From: Nemertoderma westbladi
Taxonomy: Eukaryota; Animalia; Xenacoelomorpha
Length of the DNA: 64,000 nucleotides
Assembly (NCBI GenBank): GCA_032718475.1
Contig: JAUCBJ010007402.1
Span: 1-64,000, forward strand
Direction of reading: 5' to 3'
The notes beneath the pieces were generated by a model. The model saw only the letters and a list, made by a program, of their open reading frames with translations, was not told the origin of the DNA and ran no database searches. A program made the translations under genes and the position numbers. The stretch's first letter is position 1. Each line of letters begins with the position of its first letter. This document shows, in pieces, positions 35,094 to 43,846 of this stretch.

Positions 35094-38000
35094 TTAAACA
35101 CATTTGTCAGTGTCACCGATGTCTGCAGCAGGATCCGTAGTAGGGAACTTATCACCTCTTGTAGAATCACCACTGTCATTGCCTTCAAGAAGGCACAGCT
35201 TCTGGATGGGGCGTTGGTAGTGGCCCGATTTCGTTCGTATCGTCACAGTCCTCGCAAGTCCGTCTTTGCTTGGGTGTATGGTCACGACCCGCGCCACAGG
35301 CCAGTGAACGCGGTCTTTGAGATCTTCTTTAACTAGTACCATGTCGCCAACTGCGACGTTCCGGTAGGTGTTGTTCCATTTCCTCCTGGTCCGGAGGGTT
35401 ATGAGGTATTCCTGGGCCCAAATTCTCCACCAATGCGCTGCCAACGCTTGGGCCTTTTTCCAGTTTGTATGTTTCGCGATCTCATTGGGATCCGGGAACA
35501 TGGTTTCCGGGAGGAGGTGGGTTTTGGGTCTCCCCAGTAAGTGGTTAGGAGTGAGGGGTTCCAGGTCTGTGGGGTCGTCGCGGATAGGAACAATGGGTCG
35601 GTTGTTCAGGGTAGCCGTGATCTCGCAGAATGTTGTGCGGAGGGTGTCATGGGTTACCCGGGTATCGCCTAGAGCGACGCGCATGGATCGTTTCACTAGG
35701 TCGATCAGTTTCTCCCATACCCCGCTCGTATGGGGTGCTAAGGGGGTCTGGAAGTGCCACTGTATCTGGTGTTCCTTCCAGACTTGGGATGCAGTGTTAT
35801 CGGTAAACCATCCCTCGATCGCCTCTCTAAGTTCTCTTTCTCCTCCCACAAAGTTTGTACCATTATCGGAATACATGTGGCAGCATGTCCCGTTGTTCGC
35901 CACGAACCGACGCAGAGCGTTGATGAATGCGTGTTGTGTCAGATTTACCACGATATCTAGGTAAATTGCCCTAGACCTCAGGCAGGTGAAGATGGCTCCC
36001 CAGCATTTGATGTTGGATCGTCGTTCAATAACCGTGAACGGTCCGAAACAGTCCACTCCGGTGACGTAGAATGGTTGGGAATCCGCTTGTAGACGGGTGG
36101 CTGGTAAGTCGGCCATCTTTTGGGTGATTGGTGGCGCTAGGTAACGTCTGCAGGTGAAGCAACGTTTCAACACTTTCCGGATCAGTGGCTGGATGTGGGT
36201 GATCCAATATCTTTGTCTTATATTAGCTATAATCCAATTCTGTCCTGCGTGGTGGTTGTCCTCGTGACATTGTAGAATTAATAGCTTAGCTAGTGTCGAC
36301 GTTCCGGGCAGAAGCGCCGGGTATTTAACCTCATATTCGACCGGGGCGTTTGCCATCCGGGTATTCAGTCGGATCAGTCCGTCCTCTCCCATCATTGGTC
36401 TCAGTTGGTAGACTGGGCTGTCCGGTTTCAACGTTTTGCCCGCACTAAGTTGTTCCCATTCATCGGGGAAACTTTCTTTCTGGACATATCTAACAATACA
36501 CTTCTCTGCAATAATGAGTTCTTGTATATTCCGTTGAACTATCGGTTTGTTGTTTTTCCACCGTAGGAAGTTGCGAAGGGTTATAACGTGATAGACGAGC
36601 CGTCTCATGGATGAAGTTCGCTCGATCAACCGATGTAAAGACGCCGCTAGTTGGGTGATCGTCGCGACGTTATAGTGCCTGCCCGAGTCCTTTGCAGGCT
36701 CAGTCAGACAACTATAAATTTCCACCGCGTTGCTTCGATGGATTTTACGGATCTCTTTATCGTCCTCGGAGTATTTTCCGCTATCGAGCTCGGGGTCGAA
36801 TCGGGTACTCCAGGTTAATTGTGGCTGCCGTAGGAATTCCGGGCCTGTAAGCCAGAGTTTACTTTTACCGAGTTGTTTTGGGGTGGCGCCTCGGCTTGAT
36901 AAGTCCGCTGGGTTTTCCTTCCCGTTCACGTGATGCCACTGTTCTCGGCCGGTACACTGTTTAATCTCTGTGGCTCGGTTTGCAACAAACGTGGTGTGAC
37001 GCCGTGATGGAGAGTGGAGATAATAGAGAACTATACTCGAATCTACCCAGAAGTGTTGAGATTCTATGGGGATCCGTAGGTTCCGCATGACCATGCGATT
37101 CTGTCTTACTGCCCAAACTGCAGCTTGTAGCTCGAGTCTCGGGATCGTTGCTACGAATTCCCCGGATACTGTCTTTGCTTTGGAGAATAAGAAGCTTGTA
37201 TCGCCGTTTCCATCGTTACTTAGTCTCCGTAGGAAGGTGACTACGCCGATTCCGGTATTCGAAGCATCCGAAAAGGTGTGGAGCTGGAAGATATCGGTGG
37301 GCAATTTATCGAGGAAGAACGGTCTAGGTATCCGCATAAGATGTAGGTGTTCGAGCTGCTCCGTCCATTTTCTCCATTTGACGCTGAGGTATGGGGGGAG
37401 CTCTTCGTCCCATCCCAGTCCTTCTATCCACATTTCCTTAATCAGGTTCATTCGGGCCAAGGTTACTGGAGATATGAAATTTAGTGGGTCGAAGATGGCG
37501 CTTTTTATCGACAAACATCCCCTTTTTGTCATAGGCTTGGGTAGGGGTTTATACTTGAAGATGAATTCGTCTGATTCTATGTCCCATTCAATCCCAAGTA
37601 CACGATGTTCCACATCCTCCGAATACATTTTGTTATTTTCCAGCCGGATGTCCTCCGGAAACTTTTCCATAAGTGTTTTGTCGTGGGATCTGAACTTCAC
37701 GAGCGGAAACCTTCCTTTCTTTAGACATTCTACCATCCCCATTGCCAGCCGATATGCCTCATCCACATTATCCGCGCAGGCGCATCCGTCGTCCACGTAG
37801 AAGCATCGTCGAATTGTTTCTATGACAGTTGGAGGGAACTCGTTTTCGCACATAGTTGCCGTCCTCTTTAGCATGTCACTGCATGCTACCGGCGAGTCCT
37901 TACCGCCGAAGATCCTGACGACCATACGCATTACGTCTACGTCCTTTATCGTGAGTTGGCTAATCTCCTGTTGAGTAAGCGTTTTATCCGTCCATAGGAT

Positions 38001-40931
38001 ACGTAGACAGTCCGAGTCTCTTGGTAACGTACGAACTTGATGAAACATGGCCTTGATGTCACAGGTGAATGCTACCCGGTTTTCCCTGAACCTGATCAAT
38101 ACGCCAATGAGTGTGCTATATATGTTGGGTCCCGTGTAAAGTTGACTGTTTAGGGATTCGCCCTGGTACATAGCGGCAGCATCATTTACCACTCGGATTT
38201 TCCCACCTTTGCGGGCTTCTACTACATAGTGGGTTGGGAGATAATATGTTCTTTCACCACCTTGCAGTTCATTCCGTGGTACCATTTCTGCTAATCCATC
38301 ATCGAGATATCCTTGGATTACGGTATTATATTTCTCCTTTATCTCGGGTTGGTCATTCAGCCGGCGTAGAATCCCTTTAAGTCGCCTAAGTGCCATGCTG
38401 GCGTTGTTTGCCATTGGTTTGTTTGGATCCTTCCATAACATAGGTGAACACCAATGTCCGTCTTTAAACGTGGCCTGGTCGAGAATGTCCATACAATATT
38501 GGTCCTCTTCGGATGGGTTTTCGTCCTTTTCCGCGAACTCCTGGGTCTCCAAATTAAAATATTTCGTCATATCTCGTTGGGTTTTCTCGGTTTCCAGAAA
38601 CAAATCCTCGTCAAGATCTGAAGCTGAGCAATAACCCACAGAGGTTACATTCTCTTTAATCTGACATTTAGGAAGGTAGGTATAGGTGTCCGTAGTTTCC
38701 TCCTTAATGCCGCAGAGTGTCCATCCCATTATTGTTCGTTCAGCATAGAATCCATCATCCTGGTTTATAGATCGAGCGATATCTCCGGTGGGGATGTGTA
38801 GTTCCGGTGTATCAAGTCCAATCAGTAGGGTGATACGGTTCACGTCCAACTGCGGACACCTCAGGTCTACATCGTCTCGGTCTAATTGTATGAGGGGGGC
38901 GTACTCGGCTGATTGTCGGAACCGCACCCGGAGGTCTGTGTGTACCAAGGCGTTCTTGATGGTTAACTTAGCCGTTTCGTAGCCCTTCATCACTCCTTCC
39001 ATCTGGAGTTGTACCTCCCCGGACTCTACCTCTCTGTTATCGGTGATGGTTTGTATGGGCCGTTTACAAGGTTCATATTCTAGGCCGAGTTGCTCGAGGA
39101 AATCCCGGTCGATGATGGTTCCGTCAGACCCGTTATCGAGGAACGCGAGTGTCGTCAAAGATTTGCCGACTCCTTGGATCCTTACTGGGATTACCTTTGC
39201 AAAAACCATGTAGCGGCGATTTATAAGATTAATCGTGGCCGAAATATTGGTTACTTGTGGTGTATCGGTGGAGATCTTAAACGGGTTGGTTTCTCTCCGT
39301 TGGGTTGTCCGGGTTCCTTTGAAGATGTGGTTTGTTTCTCCTCTTCGCCTGGCTTCGATCCGAAAGGGGAGGGTAGTAAAATCGAAGTTCGCGGGGATGT
39401 GGAGGAGCGTGTGATGGCGTTGGTCGTTACAGACAGTACAGCATGATCTTTGGTCGCACTCCCGAACATAGTGACCTGTTCCAAGACACCGGAAGCATCC
39501 TCGGTGTTTCATTATCGCCTCGAAGCGTGGGACGAGTTCGGCGAACTGAAACTTTCTGCAGAATTCCACTTTGTGTTTCTCCCCACAGAAGAGACAGAGC
39601 AGGGAATTTGTGATGCCTTCCCTTTCGGGTGCCCAACTCGCGAGATAACATGCCCATTCCTCGGCGGATGTCGGTTCCTCGTAGTCTTCGTCGTCGGAAT
39701 CCTCGGCCATGGTAATGGCCATCGTACTTACCGGTGGGGGGCGGAATCTCGGTTTCGGAGGGGTTATCTTACTCCTGGAGTTGCTCTCTATTCCGTCCAA
39801 CTTTGCGAGACTTTGTTTTGAAAACATCGAGTCATTCATGGCTTCGGAGATATCGTCCAGGAATGCCGACATTTCAAGGAAGCTAGGATCTCGATCTGGA
39901 TGTCTGCGCCGGAGATCTACACATTTATAAGCCCACTTACTTTGTAGCCATCCGGGGAACTTCTTGGCGATCTGTCGGAGGTTTAGAATGTTGTTCACCT
40001 GGTCCTCCTTATTTAAGGGTTTCAGAGTATAGTAGGCATCCTTCATAGAGTCGGAGAATTCCTGTATGTTCTGTGGGTCCCCTAGTGATCCCGCGTCCTG
40101 TATCAGTCTCTCTAGAGTTTTATTAATTATAGTTCCGGTATTTCCGTATCTTTTATCCAGAGTTTTCCATGCGTCATAGTATGCCTCATGAGAACCTCCT
40201 TCAAAACATGCAATAATTCTGCGTGGTTTGTCACCCAGGTATTGCGATAAATATACCAATTTCTGTGCGTCGGCTATGTCCGTTGATCCGATCTGCGCAA
40301 AGAACCGTTTCTTGAATCTGAGGTAATCAACGGGATCTCCTTCGAAGGTGCGAATCTCCATCTTAGGCATGGCAAGGCGGTTCTCCAACGCCCGGATGAT
40401 GCTGACGTCGTCTGAACTGGAGTGACTCGGAGGGTTATAGTTATTGGCACTCACTCCCATACTTGATGGATCAATAATAGGTGGAGTTTTAATAATGACG
40501 CGGCTATGAGTTTGTGGTGTGGATGTAAATGGGTTGTTAGATCGGGGAGTGGCGTCCCGTTCCGAGTCCCTTTCAGGCTCGTACTTGGGTACACTCGCTG
40601 TCGTGGTGTTGGATGGGAAATAAGGTTCCTCATTATTTAGCATAGCTGGTGGGGGATGGAACACCGGGGCTTGTGCCGATAGCGTAGACTGTTTGGTAGG
40701 CGGGATCTCGGGTTTCGGAGGTTTCGCCGCTGTTGGTGTAAATGACTTTTCTAACTCCGGTACCGGAATTGGTTCATATTCCTGATCTATATCCCTTTCC
40801 CAGTCCTCGTAGAGTTGAATATCTCGTTCTATAAGTGCGGCTTCGTATTCTGCGAGTTTTGCAATATCCGCATTCTTTTTGTGGATGAGAATTGCTTGGG
40901 CCTCGGCGTGTTGTTTACGCATTTCCGCCAT
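35094..40931 (-). CDS. BEL/Pao #3 Gag-Pol (capsid, zinc knuckles, PR, RT, RNase H, IN), 1945 aa
   Basis: FEGDPVDY..F, three CCHC-like knuckles, FLDNGSDGT, CDIKAMFHQV, FYVDD, TFSDAS, WVDS, H-H-CxxC, GVDCFGP, SDNGTNF, WEKLI. Confidence 0.97.
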   Translation of the reverse strand: MAEMRKQHAEAQAILIHKKNADIAKLAEYEAALIERDIQLYEDWERDIDQEYEPIPVPELEKSFTPTAAKPPKPEIPPTKQSTLSAQAPVFHPPPAMLNNEEPYFPSNTTTASVPKYEPERDSERDATPRSNNPFTSTPQTHSRVIIKTPPIIDPSSMGVSANNYNPPSHSSSDDVSIIRALENRLAMPKMEIRTFEGDPVDYLRFKKRFFAQIGSTDIADAQKLVYLSQYLGDKPRRIIACFEGGSHEAYYDAWKTLDKRYGNTGTIINKTLERLIQDAGSLGDPQNIQEFSDSMKDAYYTLKPLNKEDQVNNILNLRQIAKKFPGWLQSKWAYKCVDLRRRHPDRDPSFLEMSAFLDDISEAMNDSMFSKQSLAKLDGIESNSRSKITPPKPRFRPPPVSTMAITMAEDSDDEDYEEPTSAEEWACYLASWAPEREGITNSLLCLFCGEKHKVEFCRKFQFAELVPRFEAIMKHRGCFRCLGTGHYVRECDQRSCCTVCNDQRHHTLLHIPANFDFTTLPFRIEARRRGETNHIFKGTRTTQRRETNPFKISTDTPQVTNISATINLINRRYMVFAKVIPVRIQGVGKSLTTLAFLDNGSDGTIIDRDFLEQLGLEYEPCKRPIQTITDNREVESGEVQLQMEGVMKGYETAKLTIKNALVHTDLRVRFRQSAEYAPLIQLDRDDVDLRCPQLDVNRITLLIGLDTPELHIPTGDIARSINQDDGFYAERTIMGWTLCGIKEETTDTYTYLPKCQIKENVTSVGYCSASDLDEDLFLETEKTQRDMTKYFNLETQEFAEKDENPSEEDQYCMDILDQATFKDGHWCSPMLWKDPNKPMANNASMALRRLKGILRRLNDQPEIKEKYNTVIQGYLDDGLAEMVPRNELQGGERTYYLPTHYVVEARKGGKIRVVNDAAAMYQGESLNSQLYTGPNIYSTLIGVLIRFRENRVAFTCDIKAMFHQVRTLPRDSDCLRILWTDKTLTQQEISQLTIKDVDVMRMVVRIFGGKDSPVACSDMLKRTATMCENEFPPTVIETIRRCFYVDDGCACADNVDEAYRLAMGMVECLKKGRFPLVKFRSHDKTLMEKFPEDIRLENNKMYSEDVEHRVLGIEWDIESDEFIFKYKPLPKPMTKRGCLSIKSAIFDPLNFISPVTLARMNLIKEMWIEGLGWDEELPPYLSVKWRKWTEQLEHLHLMRIPRPFFLDKLPTDIFQLHTFSDASNTGIGVVTFLRRLSNDGNGDTSFLFSKAKTVSGEFVATIPRLELQAAVWAVRQNRMVMRNLRIPIESQHFWVDSSIVLYYLHSPSRRHTTFVANRATEIKQCTGREQWHHVNGKENPADLSSRGATPKQLGKSKLWLTGPEFLRQPQLTWSTRFDPELDSGKYSEDDKEIRKIHRSNAVEIYSCLTEPAKDSGRHYNVATITQLAASLHRLIERTSSMRRLVYHVITLRNFLRWKNNKPIVQRNIQELIIAEKCIVRYVQKESFPDEWEQLSAGKTLKPDSPVYQLRPMMGEDGLIRLNTRMANAPVEYEVKYPALLPGTSTLAKLLILQCHEDNHHAGQNWIIANIRQRYWITHIQPLIRKVLKRCFTCRRYLAPPITQKMADLPATRLQADSQPFYVTGVDCFGPFTVIERRSNIKCWGAIFTCLRSRAIYLDIVVNLTQHAFINALRRFVANNGTCCHMYSDNGTNFVGGERELREAIEGWFTDNTASQVWKEHQIQWHFQTPLAPHTSGVWEKLIDLVKRSMRVALGDTRVTHDTLRTTFCEITATLNNRPIVPIRDDPTDLEPLTPNHLLGRPKTHLLPETMFPDPNEIAKHTNWKKAQALAAHWWRIWAQEYLITLRTRRKWNNTYRNVAVGDMVLVKEDLKDRVHWPVARVVTIHPSKDGLARTVTIRTKSGHYQRPIQKLCLLEGNDSGDSTRGDKFPTTDPAADIGDTDKCV

Positions 40932-41875
40932 TTACGTTGTTCGATCTCTCGTTTGGCCTCTCGTCCGCGTTGTTCGGCCTCCTGTTTGCGTTGTTCGGCC
41001 TGTCGTTCGTCCTCCCGTCTATGTTGTTCGGCCTCCTGTTTGCGTTGTTCGGCCTGCCGTTCGGCCTCTCGTCTATGTTGTTCGGCCTCTCGTCTATGTT
41101 GTTCGGCCTGCCGTTCGGCCTCTCGTCTATGTTGTTCGGCCTCTCGTCCACGTTGTTCGGCCTGTCGTTCGGCCTCTCGTCTATGTTGTTCGGCCTCCTG
41201 TTCGTGTTGTTCGGCCTGCCGTTCGGCCGCTTGTTCGGCCTCTCGCTTTTGTGTTTCGGCGGCTAATACATCTTGCTCGGCTTGCAGTTGAATATACTCA
41301 TCTTCCATCCGAGCTTTGAGGGCTAATGCCTTCCGTTCTCGCAGTTGGTCTCGGAGTGGCGGCGCCCGAGAACTGCGCGCCGAGCCGGATATCTCGCTCC
41401 TAGCGCTGGAGTGCTGATTTCTAGCGGACCCCGTTCTCTTTCGATGTACTGCTGTCCTGATGCTGGAGGATCGTACTGATTCCGCGTCAGCCCTCTTGTA
41501 ATACTGTTCCTCATAGCCTCTCACAAGGCTGAGGGTCCTCCGGTGTTGTTTGCGGAACCCATCTAGATGTACAACGTGTTCTTCCAACTTGGGGTAGTTT
41601 TCCTGATCGGTGGGGGGAACGAGCTCTTGGTACGCCTGTATCATTCTTTCGTACCGCTGTAGGATATTTCGGATACTTTGAAGCTGAGTTTGTACCTCAT
41701 TGAGGGGGGTTTTGACTCCCTTGAGTTGTTTCTCCATCCGTTGATACGCTCGGGTTACTCCGCCTTTAAGAGCCCCTAACCGACGGGTCATGTTCTTGAC
41801 GTTTGGTACCTCGTCGGCTTCCGAGTCTGTGTGGTGATCCATCTCGTCGGTATCGGATACGTTATTTGTTGTCAT
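40829..41875 (-). CDS. BEL/Pao #3 Gag N-terminal coiled-coil region, separated from the main ORF by a 1-nt frameshift near 40930
   Basis: RRLGALKGGVTRA N-terminal helix typical of BEL Gag; EAERQAEQHRR repeats (40960-41245); one extra A in CGT AAA (A)TG would fuse it to 35094-40931. Confidence 0.85.
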   Translation of the reverse strand: MTTNNVSDTDEMDHHTDSEADEVPNVKNMTRRLGALKGGVTRAYQRMEKQLKGVKTPLNEVQTQLQSIRNILQRYERMIQAYQELVPPTDQENYPKLEEHVVHLDGFRKQHRRTLSLVRGYEEQYYKRADAESVRSSSIRTAVHRKRTGSARNQHSSARSEISGSARSSRAPPLRDQLRERKALALKARMEDEYIQLQAEQDVLAAETQKREAEQAAERQAEQHEQEAEQHRREAERQAEQRGREAEQHRREAERQAEQHRREAEQHRREAERQAEQRKQEAEQHRREDERQAEQRKQEAEQRGREAKREIEQRKWRKCVNNTPRPKQFSSTKRMRILQNSQNTKPHL

Positions 41876-42063
41876 TGTAACGCCTCGTCGATGGCTAGAT
41901 ACGCGATGTCGTAAAACAGTTCCTCGTAGGTATTGTACTCAGCTTGGACCACCCGAACAGTAATCCTGAATCGTCCAACGTTCGTTCCTTGTACCTCAAC
42001 TTCGACGTGCCAGATTCCTGGCTCAACTTGAATTATATCAATGGGTGTGATCGATACTTCCAT
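41872..42063 (-). CDS. Small upstream ORF (63 aa) overlapping the gag start as ATGA
   Basis: ATG start, globular-looking beta/alpha pattern, stop codon overlaps the gag ATG (41872-41875). Confidence 0.5.
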   Translation of the reverse strand: MEVSITPIDIIQVEPGIWHVEVEVQGTNVGRFRITVRVVQAEYNTYEELFYDIAYLAIDEALQ

Positions 42064-42355
42064 TCCCTGTTAACAACTCTCCAAATATGTGATCTGCCGA
42101 CTACGAGTTGGTTAGATCGAGTTTGTTGATGAATTAAACCACGACTTTGTCTCAACTCAAATACCAGAGTTTCCTCGTAGTGGGTGCTGGCAAGCACGTA
42201 GAGAGTTTTTGAAGAGTATTGAAGGATTCTCAACTTCCACCAGTTGAAGTTGACAGTAATTATCCTTAATCTTGACACCCTGTCAAAATTAACCGCATTA
42301 ATTATTCTTAATTTTGACACCCTGTCAAAATTAACCATATAATTATTCTTAATTT

Positions 42356-43841
42356 TGTTGCCGTTATCCCTACACCAGGGGGGAAAAACGCCGATGCTGG
42401 AGACGTGACTTAACAGACCACCGAGCCCCGGCCAGTCACCGGATATTGATTGTGGGGAGGGAATATTTTCTGCGATGCAAGTTTGCGGTTGATAAAAAGC
42501 TGCATTAGTTGGATATACTCTTTAATGTAACTTCCTATAGTTGAAACCCGTTCAACATCATTGAAACTTGTTCAACATCATTGAAACTTGTTCAACATCA
42601 TTGAAACTTGTTCAACATCATTGAAACTTGTTCAACATCATTGAAACTTGATTAAGAATAATTTTGGGCTTCCCCAAATCAATATACACCAAATATTCAC
42701 AATAATTATACACGATAATATAAATCCCTACGGTATATTATTTAATAACCCACTGTTCGCTCAGAATTTTAGCCTACCTAATGTTCCCCAGATTTTCCCT
42801 CGGTCCCAGTCTTAGTGCCATAGTGTCGGTGTCGGTCGACCCTGTCGCGTGTCCGTTCCACCCCTCACGATCCCCGAAGGGAACGATCATCGAGAACCAG
42901 CACGGCTTGGCTAAGGGTCGGTCCAGTCGGTAGACTCTGTCGCGTATCCGTACCACCCCTCTCGAACCCCGAAGGGTTCGGTCATCGAGAACCAGTACGG
43001 CTTGGCTAGGAGTCTGTCGTGTCGGTGGACCCGTTCGCGTGTCCGTTCCACCCCTCACGAACCCCGAAGGGTTCGATCATCGAGAACCAGAACGGCTTGG
43101 CTAGGGGTCCGTCGTTTCGTCACAGAAACCCAACCACCTAGGCTTTCCGAGTCCCTTTCAGGCTCGTAGTCGCTTCGGCAGCCGAGAAACTGCTCCGAAC
43201 AGTCGGTAGGCCAGTAGAGTCTAGTCGAGTCTAGTCCTTTGTCTTTCGACCCCATCGCGTGTCCGTTCCACCCCTCGCGAACCCCGAAGGGAACGATCAT
43301 CGAGAACCAGTACGGCTTAGGTCAGGGGGCAGTCGTTAGTTGGCCACCCGTTCGCGTGTCCGCTCCACCCCTCACGAACCCCGAAGGGAACGATCATCGA
43401 GAACCAGAACGGCTTGGCTACTAAGGGGCCGTCGGTGCCCGTCGCAAATCCCTGACACAAGCAGTCAGCGGTCCGAGTTCTTTTCAGTCTCGTAATGGCT
43501 GCTGATGGCCAGGGACCGCTAAGGGCAGTCCTTGTCCTTTAGGCCTGGCGCATTACCAAATCCACCCCTACAGGCAGCAGGAAGTTGGCCAGGGCCTAAT
43601 AGTACTCAGGCTAACCTGAATACTGCTTGCATTTTCCATCCCCCCCCCTGGCCCTTATAACTATGAAATTATTCCCGTACCCTGTAAGTTGCCCCAAAGT
43701 TCGCCCATAAATCGCCCCCAGTTTATTGAATGTGCCCAAAACCCATGGTCCCGCACCCAGTAGTAATATCGGAATAATCAATTTTAAATAAAATACAAAA
43801 ATATTCAACTCGCGTTATGGAAAGTTGAAATACCGCGAACA
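42356..43841 (-). repeat. BEL/Pao #3 5' LTR (1486 bp; five structured repeats)
   Basis: Colinear with 29387-31079 except that repeats 4 and 5 are fused into one hybrid (~43255-43320). Confidence 0.95.
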
Positions 43842-43846
43842 CACTT

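Larger units (their letters stand above)
29387..43841 (-). mobile_element. BEL/Pao LTR retrotransposon #3, full-length, young, with extra ORFs
   Basis: LTRs 29387-31079 and 42356-43841 (TGTT...AACA) differing by few substitutions and one repeat-unit indel; TSD CACTT (29382-29386, 43842-43846); G-run PPT at 31080-31088. Confidence 0.97.

Noticed and set aside
40905-40940. Programmed ribosomal frameshift in BEL #3 gag
   Set aside because: No slippery heptamer seen and the position is upstream of the capsid domain; a 1-nt loss in an A-run (mutation or sequencing error) is simpler.
40815-41319. Cys/Ser-rich and other repetitive ORFs on the plus strand (also 2595-2873)
   Set aside because: Antisense or alternative-frame shadows of coiled-coil repeats in Gag.
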